A stretch of 64,000 nt of DNA, taken from contig OZ024741.1 in the NCBI GenBank assembly GCA_964016885.1, positions 124,806,001 through 124,870,000 on the forward strand. Reading direction: 5' to 3'. The notes beneath the pieces are model-generated. The model was not told the DNA's origin. It was given only the letters and a program-made list of their open reading frames with translations, and made no database searches. Origin of the DNA: Eledone cirrhosa. Lineage: Eukaryota. Below, in pieces: positions 51,497 through 64,000 of the stretch (its first letter is position 1; each line of letters opens with the position of its first letter). A program made the translations under genes and the position numbers.

Positions 51497-52964
51497 CTTA
51501 TTCTTATTCTTTTTCTTCTTCTTCTTCTTCTTCTTCTTCTTCTTCTTCTTCTTCTTCTTCTTCTTCTTCTTCTTCTTCTTCTTGGTGGTGGCGATGGTAG
51601 TTGTAAGGATGCTGTTTACTTTATGAATTTTTTCGCTATTACTCGTTTCAGTGTATACTTTCACAAGAGCACTAAGTACAGATGTGTACCTCGTGAATAA
51701 ATATTTTGTTAGCACTCTACATACAATAAGTACAGAAACTGAGAGTGTTACTTTCTGTTTGTATATATGCAATTATTTTTATATGTGTATGTGATTGGAT
51801 GTATGACTTATGGGTTTCATTATGTATTTGGCTTTTATTGAGCTTAGTTTTGCTTACCCTACCGAAGACATTTTGTAAATCTAAAGTAGAGTAACTTTGC
51901 CAATAAAGATTTTTTAAAACTTTATAGTATTTTACACAGAAAATGGTCAGACTTACATAATACAAAGGACACAATATATCATGTAACCAGGGAGGCATAC
52001 TATCTGAGATAAGAGATGTTAAATTTTCTTATATTGATTTCAATCTTTAAACTGCTATGCTGATCAACCGCCACACTCACTCGCATACCTTCGTCTCACT
52101 CTGACTCTCTTTCTCTCTCACACACCCACACATCATGTACATGCTACTTGAGCCATTATATATACTCTTTCTTCAACCCATATGTTAATTGTCTTTGTAT
52201 CACCTTTTTTATTTATTCTCCTTTTCTAAATTGTATGCGTGACATCTGAAATTAGACTAAAGAAATGCTAAAACAAAGGTTTGTGCTGCCTCATTGTCCC
52301 AAAGAATAGAATAATAAATAATGATAATAAATAAATAATAAATATGGCAAATCTGACCTTTTCATTCAGTGAAAGGAGATGAAAGAAAAATAGGCCACAA
52401 TAATGAAATACTTAAGAAAATAACGAGGGGGGGGGGTTAAGAAGTCAAATGAAGTGGCGGACGTGATTGATAGATAGAGAGACCGAGAGAAAGATCAAGA
52501 TTTATAGATAGGTAGAAAGGTATCGATAGTGTGCAAGATAAATACTTCTTTATATACATCATGTCTTAATGGGAACATAGTTTAATTTATCTTCAAGATG
52601 GTGCAATTATTTTCAAATCACATTTTTATGGTTTATTAAACATTTGACATATTTTCGCAACAAAGAAATTTATGTATGAATATATATATATAGACAAAAG
52701 AAATAATAAAATTTTGTAGGAAATTTTGGAAAAATGCCTAAATTAAAAGGTAAGATTTGAGGACTACAGTTTCTAAAGATTAAAAGAATAAGAACTAAAG
52801 AGGGACATGAATGGCATGAGTGAGAAATAATACCGTTATTACTTCTGGCACTAAAATTTGGGAGGTTGTTGTATTTTAATATTTATCGAATTCCATACTA
52901 CATTTACAACCACAAGGAAGGCAAAACAGAAATTAGATATAGTCCTACACTACACACACACACA

Positions 52965-53043
<79 letters not shown>

Positions 53044-53320
53044 TAAGGAAAGCGAAAAATCAGTGAATTTTTCACACGTTGTCCATACGTCACCAAACAT
53101 CTATTATATAACTACAAGGCTCCGGTCTGGTTCTTTGTAATTTTATTTTTCATTTTTTTTATTTTATTTTCAACCAAAACACTTTCCGGACTTTCGCAGT
53201 TATCTCCCTTACACCCCCCCCCCCCCGCACGAGGTCTAGTATTGCCTGTGTGAAGTGACCGAATTTCTGCGCACGCGCGTTCGTACGGTTGTCCTTCCTG
53301 TTCTTATAACCATACACATC

Positions 53321-53360
53321 CCGAGCTGAAGATCCGCGAAGGTGAAACAATTGTTCTCGG
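53321..53360 (+). ncRNA. Minimal type I hammerhead ribozyme (family D)
   Basis: CCGAG-CUGAAGA-uCC gcgaa GGu-GAAA-CAAUUG-UU|CUCGG. Perfect 5 bp stem I and palindromic stem III ACAAUUGU. Confidence 0.8.
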
Positions 53361-53472
53361 TATGGTGAACTAACTGTTGTGTAACCACTTCTACCTAACT
53401 CGTCCCTTGGACTGAGTGCTCTACCACTACGGATATTACTTTCCAGTGTTCCACCACTATATATATATATAA

Positions 53473-53527
<55 letters not shown>

Positions 53528-53550
53528 ATTATATATATATATATATATAT

Positions 53551-55200
53551 AACGAAGGAAATGTGGTAAGGAACCAGATGAACTGTAACGCACCAAAGTA
53601 CTCAATACTTAGGGTAGTAGAGTGGGTAATAGGAACGAGTAGGACCCCGACGGCTGAGCTCAAGCCGTTTCGACGGCTAATTCTGCACTAAATGAAAATT
53701 TTCATCCTGGTATATAAATAGCCGAGCTTCTCAGGGGGTAATTCAATATATGGTAAAAGTGATTGTCACAAGGATTGGTCAAAAGTTTGTTGTTGAGACA
53801 CATAATTCTATCATGGCAATTTGTGGAAGGAAGGGGTAGTTGAACCTGCCAGTAGAAGAAAGAGGGAGAGGGAGTGGAGGAAACCCAGTCGTGCGTTGAT
53901 AGTGCCAACTACAGCAGAATCCTAAGGATAAGAGGTCAATAGAAGTATACTAGGGAGGGGGTGGGGAGGAAGTCGAAACAATAAGTAAATCAATATGAGT
54001 AAATATATAGAAGAATAATAAGAATGTTAAAAAAATCTTTAAAAACAAACAATTTCTGTTTACTATTCCCTTACCACAATCATCAATTCTCTCACTGGGA
54101 CTGCTAAACTATAGAATAGTTTACTAGGTGAGACGGAATTGTAGTGAGAGAATTTTATGAGTTAGTAGTAGTCAACCAAGTCTATCTTACAGTGACAGGT
54201 CAATAAGTAGGGGGCAAAAATACTAAAGAAACTACTACGAAATAATAATTCAGAGTCCCGAAACTAATACGTAATAATAATTCAGAATCCCGAAAATCAA
54301 TACTAATACTATATATAAGGGTGCCGCTACGAAACAAAAATTCTAGTACAAACTATATAAATGTTCGTACGATATATATGAAAAATTTGATACGGAAAAT
54401 TAATTCAGAATCCCCCCCACCCCAAAAAATAAATAAATAAACAAATGAATAAATACTGATATACGATAAACTAAAGCAGAGATACCACTAAGAATTGTAG
54501 AAAGCACGGAAATGGGGCAGCCATCGGACAAGAAAGCAAGTATCTGGGGTCTATCACATCTGCTATAAAAAGCGGAATCGGCCGACACCGCTTTTTATTT
54601 CGTAGTAGTTTCTTTAGTATTTTTTCCCCCTACTTATTGACCTGTCACTGTAAGATAGACTTGGTTGACTACTACTAACTCATAAAATTCTCTCACTACA
54701 ATTCCATCCCACCTAGTAAACCTTTCTATAGTTTAGGAGTACCAGTGAGAGACTTGATGATTGTGGTAAGGGAATAGTAATCAGAAATTTTTTTTTATAC
54801 TTTTAACAATCTTATTATTCTTCTATATATTTACTCCGTATTGATTTACTTATTGTTTCGACTTCCTCCCCCTCCCCCTCCCTAGTATACTTGCTTGACC
54901 TCCTGCCCTTAGGAACCTGCTGTAGTTGGCACTATCAACGCACGACTGGGTTTCCTCCACTCCCTCTCCCTCTTTCTTCTACTGGCAGGTTCAGCTACCC
55001 CTTCCTTCCACAAATTGCCATGATAGAATTATGTGTCTCAACAACAAACTTTTGACCAATCCTTGTGACAATCACTTGTACCATATATGGAATTACTCCT
55101 TGAGAAGCTCGGCTATTCATATACCAGGATAAAAATGTTCATTTAGTCCAGAATCACCCGTCGAAACGGCTTGAGCTGAGCCGTCGGGGTCCTACTCGTT

Positions 55201-55204
<4 letters not shown>
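53551..55204. mobile_element. 1.65 kb non-coding family A foldback in (TA)n with hammerheads at 53644-53739 (-) and 55095-55190 (+)
   Basis: 53631-54245 is inverted relative to 54596-55204. The terminal ~350 bp and internal patches are homologous to the 31658-34934 arms. Confidence 0.88.
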
Positions 55205-56397
<1,193 letters not shown>

Positions 56398-56399
56398 TT

Positions 56400-56548
56400 G
56401 TAACAGTATCGGTAGAGGGTCGGACGCCATGCTTTCCAGCATAGTTACGTCCATTTACCATCTGAGTTCAAATCCCGCCGAGGTTGACTTTGCCTTTCAT
56501 CCTTACGTGGTCGATAAAATAAAGTACCAGTAATGTAGAATCAATTAT
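56400..56548 (+). mobile_element. tRNA-derived SINE (family 1)
   Basis: Head, B-box and core match the family. Another copy is at 57100-57285 (-). Confidence 0.8.
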
Positions 56549-56697
56549 TTCAATTTACAGAGAAGTTCTGGTATGTTTACTTGTCAATGTATTAAAATGG
56601 TCTATATTTATATACACATTGTGGCAGTCTCGGTTAAACATTTTGTATCGATACAGACAAAACTTTATCATACACTCCGGTTGCTAGTGCCCCTCCC

Positions 56698-56734
<37 letters not shown>

Positions 56735-56779
56735 ATGTAAAACGAAAAATCAGTGATGCATCTGAACTCAATTTACTGT

Positions 56780-56867
56780 GTGTTACAATTGTTTCGCCGG
56801 CAGACAGCTCGAGACACGATCATTGTATGGATCTGTCTGATTCTGGACCTGCGGGTTCGTCGGACAC
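56780..56867 (-). ncRNA. Degenerate hammerhead (U4C)
   Basis: Reverse strand reads GUGU-CCGACGA-(long imperfect stem II)-GAAA-CAAUUG-UA|ACAC, next to a (TA)n tract. Confidence 0.45.
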
Positions 56868-58237
56868 TTGCAATAATTTCGGATCAAATTTTTTCACTGG
56901 GATGTTAGCGTCAAAAAACATCTTCCTCGCTTGTCCTGCTGTTGGCTGTTCTTTTTCTACGTCATCATAAATTGTGGCCAATAGTTGCTGTCACACTGGC
57001 CATCAGCTGTCCCTGTTTAACATTTATTGGATTCGAAATGTCACACACACACATATATATGTGTGTTTATCTATATATATATATATGTAATGTATATAAT
57101 TGTTTCTACTTTAGGCACAAGGCCAGCAATTATCCAATGCATTACTGTTACTTTATTTTATCGACCCCGTAAGGATGAAATGCAAAGTCCACCTCGGCGG
57201 GATTTTAACTCAGAATGGCAAGGGGCCGTAACTCTATGCGTCAAAGCAAGCGTCCGACCCTCTACCGATACTGACAATCCAACGCCCATTTTAAATCTAA
57301 ACCATAAAAGGTGTGCGGGACTGCGTACGGTTTTTTTTATCCCGTTTGTAAAATAAGTTGGATTACTTTGAATAAATAATGAATGAATATTACATAATTT
57401 ATCTACTCAATTTCGTAAACAAAAATAATTTCGTAAAAATAAATAATTTCAAATTGACTTCTTTTCAAAGTTGCACTTCCGGTATATCGACGCCACCACC
57501 ACCATTTCAACTACCATATATTTAGAAAGAGAGAGTTTGTGATGAGAGAAAAGAGAGATGATGACTTTCTACACGCTGACGTGTATGATTGTGCACATAC
57601 ATACGTCTATATTTATGAGTATATAACTATTATAAGTATATAACTATAATCGCGCAAACACAAACTCATAAAAATACACTCTCACGGACATAATTCACAC
57701 AAATACACTTACTTTCACACACATATACATACATTCACACATACTTTCACACAAACTTACATACTTTCACACAAATATACATACATTCACACATATACTT
57801 TCACACAAACATACATACATTCACACATATACATTTACACAAACACACACATACAGTCATGATATCGCTCGGTTTAATTGGAGATGGGAGGGTATACTTT
57901 CATACAAATATACATACATTAACACATACTTTCACACAGACATACATACATTCACACATACTTTCACACAAACATACATAAATTCACACGTACACATTTA
58001 CACAAACATACATGCATTCATACATATACATTTACACAAACACACATATACAGTCATGATAGCGTTCGGTTTAATTAGAAATGGGAGGGTAAAACAAGTA
58101 TAACGTTTTATTTATTTATTAACTCATTTTTTTTTAACTCATCTAAACTATAATAAAGTAAGGAGCGCGGGACTGCGTACGGTTTATACTTTTTTATCCC
58201 ATTAGTAAAATAAATTGGATTACTTTGAATAAATAAT

Positions 58238-58421
58238 TGTCTCTACTTTTGGCACAAGGCCAGCAATAACTCAGTACATTACTGGTACTTTATGTTATCG
58301 ACCCCGTAAGGATGAAAGGCAAAGTGAACCTCGGCGGGATTTGAACTCAGACCGTAAAGGGACGTAACAATGCTGGAAAGCATGGCATCCGACTCTCTAC
58401 CGATACTGCCAATCGACCGGT
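58238..58421 (-). mobile_element. Family 1 SINE with 18 bp target-site duplication
   Basis: TTACTTTGAATAAATAAT occurs at 58220-58237 and 58422-58439. An empty paralogous site is at about 57363. Confidence 0.88.
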
Positions 58422-58594
58422 TTACTTTGAATAAATAATGAATGAATATTACATAATTTATCTACTAAATTTCGTGGCTGTTGATTAAATATATTTTGTT
58501 TATTTAAAGATTCACTTCTTTAAAATTTCGGAAATGTCAACACTTCCGGTTGGCCATCGCTTGAATAAACATACTAATTTTCTGTCACTAATTT

Positions 58595-58668
<74 letters not shown>

Positions 58669-58887
58669 ATGTGTTTTATGTGTTAATTATTTCCGTAGAA
58701 ATGGTAAAGGAAAGAAGAGTGCTCTATGTATAGTACAGAGGTATTTAATTATGTAATAAACAACGCAACATTAGCCAATGTTTCACGAAGTTAGACGTTT
58801 CTGTTAGAATCGACTAACTTCGTGAAATCTTGGGTAATGGAATAATTATATTGTGACGTTTATTACATAATTAAATATATCTCTCTA

Positions 58888-58970
<83 letters not shown>

Positions 58971-59264
58971 GTTTATATAGCAAAGCCTTCTAGAGGACTA
59001 GAACTACTTCATTCGTATGAAATCATCAGGCATTCCTGATGATTTCATACGCATGAAACAGTTTTCGTCCTGTATAAATCTATATAAATCTCTGTCGTCA
59101 CTCTACGCATGTATTGGGTAGCTTATTAACTGTGGTTATCCCCGACCTATCTCGTGATAACCATATATATATATATATATGTATGTTTGTGTCTCTGTGT
59201 GTGCATGTATACATGTATATATGTATGTGTATATATATATATATATATGTTATGCTCTCGAGTG

Positions 59265-59752
59265 CTATGTAACATGTAAGCCAGTACAACCTGTTTCATG
59301 GTCGGGTCGTCGGCGACTAAACCGGCAACCCCACCAAGCTTGCTTGCTGAGGAGGGTGATATTTGGACACCTGCGTGATGAAATACAAGAGCCGGTGAAG
59401 GGCGGAGTCAACAGCCATCCAAATAGTACTTTTTTTCTTTTTTCATCTTGGATTGAAAGACCCCCAGTTGTTGTCACAACACATTTCTAGGGGAGGGAAA
59501 CTCTGAAAAAAAAACCTGCGGCTTCGGAAACATCCGATGTTGTTGACCAATTCTCCTGTTCGGGTAGTGTTTTCGATGCACAATGAATGTGATTGGTCAA
59601 GTGCAAGGCCATTCACCACTTAAAAAACATTCAAAGGCATTATTTGTTCAGGATATGTTACAGGTTCGTGTGGCTGGCCGTATCCTAATGGTGCACCATT
59701 TTCTGTAATCTGACAAGCGATTGCAATACTCTTAGCAAAATTTGCAGCCACC
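59265..59752 (+). mobile_element. Diverged relative of the non-autonomous RTE-type retroposon
   Basis: CCAGTACAACCTG..CATGGTCGGGTCG..GGCGACTAAAC.GGCAACCCCACCAAG and CTAGGGGAGGGAAACTCTG are shared with 9834-10437. Confidence 0.6.
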
Positions 59753-59773
59753 TATATATACATATATATATAA

Positions 59774-59888
<115 letters not shown>

Positions 59889-60029
59889 AAGAACAAAAGA
59901 TGAAATCTAAAATGCAACTGGAGTCTTATTTTAAAAAATATATATATATTTATTTGGTTCCTTTACCGGTTTCGCAGTTCTTCTGCTTTGCAAAAGTAGA
60001 GTTGAGATGGAGGGTCCTTGGTTTTTCTC

Positions 60030-60063
<34 letters not shown>

Positions 60064-60178
60064 TTATTAAAATAACAGCTGAAAGTTTAAGCAAAGAATC
60101 GTTGCTTTCACCCTTAACGGGATCATCTGAATCCTTATCGAGCCCTCTTTGGATTTTAGTCTTTAAATTTATTATTTT

Positions 60179-60239
<61 letters not shown>

Positions 60240-60582
60240 GAGAGAGAGAGAGAGAGAGTCAGAGAGGGACAGATAGAGAAAGCGATGAACAGGGAGAGAG
60301 GGGAAATAAATTGTGTATTGATTGTCTACGATACATGGTAAATTAAGTTTCAAAAGTATGTGCCACCCATTCATTACAGCCACCACCCTTGTACAGTTGA
60401 ATGAATATGATAGCAATGATAAATGTGGTACGGATGCAACTTTGAAAGATGCAGGGCAGCCATGAAAACTGTAATCTGTCGCTAATCAGTTTAATTGTGA
60501 CAATGATTTCATATAATTCAAAATATACGGTTAATTGAATACTCAATTTTAGTTCACTTGACTGATATTATATAAAAACCTG

Positions 60583-60584
60583 CG

Positions 60585-60615
<31 letters not shown>

Positions 60616-60661
60616 GCATACACACACACACACACAGCCATAGATACACACACACAGGCAT

Positions 60662-60695
<34 letters not shown>

Positions 60696-61425
60696 GCATA
60701 CACACACACAGAGACATAGATACACACACACACACATACACAGACAGGCATACACACACACACACTCATACACACACACAAGCATACACACACACAGGCA
60801 TACGCACACACACAGGCATAGATATACACACACAGGCATACACACACACACAGAGGCATACACACACATACACACATACACAGGCATACACACACACACA
60901 CACATACACAGACATGCATACACACACACACGCACTCATACACACACAGACAGGTATACACACACACACAGGCATAGATACACACACACACTCACACACA
61001 TACACACACATACACAGACAGGCATACACACACACTCACACACACACACATATACACATACACACACATACACAGACAGGCTTACACAGACAGGCATACA
61101 CACACACGCGCACTTACTCAGACAGGCACACACATACACACCCATGCACAGACCGGCATACACACACATAAACGGACAGGCATATATATACACACACACA
61201 CATACATACACAGACAGGCATACACACACACTCACACTCACACGCATACAGAGACAGACATACACACACACTCACACACACACATACACAGATACACAGA
61301 CAGGCATACACATAGACACATGCACATACACACACATACATACACACACACATACACACATACACATACACATACACATGCACATACAGGCATACACACA
61401 CATACATACACACACACATACACAC

Positions 61426-61456
<31 letters not shown>

Positions 61457-61980
61457 TACAGGCTTACACACACATAGACACACACGAGCACACACAGGCA
61501 AACACATACTCACCCATACACACACATACCCTCCCCACATACCCTACACCTACACCAGTCATACCCCCACGTATACCCCCCCCCCCACACACACACTCAC
61601 ACACATACACACACATACATAAACACACACAGACACACATACACACACACATACACATACAGGCATACACACACATAGACACACACGAGCACACACAGGC
61701 AAACACATACTCATCCATACACACACATACCCTCCCCACATTCCCTACACACACACACCAGTCATACCCCCACGCATACCCCCCACACACACACACACAC
61801 ATACACACGCATACATACACACACACAGACACACATACACACACACATACACACACATAAACACACACGAGCACACACAGGCAAACACATACTCACCCAT
61901 ACACACACATACTCTCCCCACATACCCTACACACACACACACATACCCCCCTCTCCACACACACACATACACACACGCAC
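60583..61980. repeat. Complex (CA)n-derived satellite with higher-order units
   Basis: CAGGCATACAC subunits, plus three related blocks containing ACACGAGCACACACAGGCAAACACATACTCA at about 61482, 61681 and 61865. Confidence 0.9.
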
Positions 61981-62381
61981 AAATGGTTTTGCAAATGACT
62001 TTATCTAGAAAATTGCAATGTTTTGTCATTTTAAAATAATTGAAACTGATATAATATTTCCACGGTGAAGCTTATTTTGTCACTTCCTGGAGAGATTCGA
62101 CGATAAATCAAGGAATTATAACAGACCGTGATATATGTTTATGTTATTCAATAGTCGAAGATTGTATTCGCATTTAGTCGGCTTCAGCGGAAATCTATTT
62201 ATCGTTCATCGTTTGATATTTGAAGTAATTTAGAAACAGACACTGAAAAGTGATATACAAAGATATTCCGCCAAACCGAGATGCATAACTGATATACTGT
62301 ATTTGTGGTAGGTATAAATGTATGAAAAAAAAAGATATATATATATGTATACGTCAAGGGTGAAAGCACCGATTTTTTGCT

Positions 62382-62444
<63 letters not shown>

Positions 62445-62458
62445 CTTATATATATATG

Positions 62459-62632
<174 letters not shown>

Positions 62633-62655
62633 GTGAGAGAGAGAAAGAGAGAGAG

Positions 62656-63012
62656 ATTAAAGAGTTAAACAAGATTCAATGAGTATATCAAAGAATGAGT
62701 TTTACAGTAGATTGGAAGCATTCTACGGGAAATAATATTCCAGACTTATTAATATTAAAATACAAATATTAATAAAATAGATGTTCTTTTGATCAATTAC
62801 ATTTTATTATACATATTTCGGATGTACAACAGTACGTCCTCATCAGACAAAATATAATGATACATGACATACCCTGAGATGTTAAATGGTTAAGATTTAA
62901 TCAAGGTAGTACCTTGAATATTTTGTCTGATGAGGACGTACTGTTGTACATCCGAAATATGTATAATAAAATGTAATTGATCAAAAGAACATCTATTTTA
63001 TTAATATTTGTA

Positions 63013-63019
<7 letters not shown>
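62656..63019. mobile_element. Family C foldback with hammerheads at 62801-62853 (-) and 62920-62972 (+)
   Basis: Same sequence as 17300-17701 in the opposite orientation with a different inversion point. Both cores are canonical (CUGAUGA/GAAA). Confidence 0.88.
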
Positions 63020-63081
<62 letters not shown>

Positions 63082-63384
63082 AACCCAAGAAGCTAGATTT
63101 ACCATCTTTCTAGTGGGTCCGGGTAAGCTTCTTACATTCATATGATTTATTGATTTATTGATATTTTATCTGAGTGACCCGAATCTTCCTGATCGTAATT
63201 TTTCGGTCGTATGGGTGATTTTAGACATAATCTTTGTGTGTTGGTATTTTAACGATAGTTATAGCTCTAATTTATCTGAATTATTGAGCCCTCTGCCACT
63301 CATGTCGAATTTGTTTATCGTGAACTCGTGAGCCGATTTTTCGATACTCGATTATTCTACTATATATATATATATATATATGGA

Positions 63385-63578
63385 CAGTTGATCAACTTTC
63401 GTCAAATTGGACTGAGGAAACACTGTTTCCATTGGTCTTTCCAATTTCTAATACTCCAGGTAGGAGGAACAACGTGAAACAAAGTATCTTGGTCAACGAC
63501 ATAACGCATCACCCGGCCCGGGAATCGACCTCTCAACCTCACGATTGTGAATCCAATTCTCTAACCACTGAGCCACGA
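63385..63578 (-). mobile_element. tRNA-derived SINE (family 2)
   Basis: Homologous to 27700-27893. Confidence 0.78.

Positions 63579-64000
<422 letters not shown>

Overview
This is AT-rich eukaryotic non-genic DNA with no host gene I can support. The repeat content looks like an octopod cephalopod (inference from the SINE types). The window is a nested pile of transposon remnants: Penelope-like elements (PLEs) with a C-terminal GIY-YIG domain, a second PLE lineage, R4-, CRE- and RTE-type LINE fragments, two Helitron remnants and two tRNA-derived SINE families. Most ORF-track calls are microsatellite artefacts. The main hidden signal is RNA-level. Many (TA)n tracts are interrupted by short inverted or tandem PLE terminal-repeat (pLTR)-like cassettes from about 10 unrelated families, and most of these families carry a hand-foldable type I hammerhead ribozyme (HHR). 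Two unrelated families use a compensatory U3-A8 core (UUGANAA) in place of CUGANGA. One family with the same architecture has a complete tRNA cloverleaf where the others have the ribozyme. All folds were done by eye and no searches were run.
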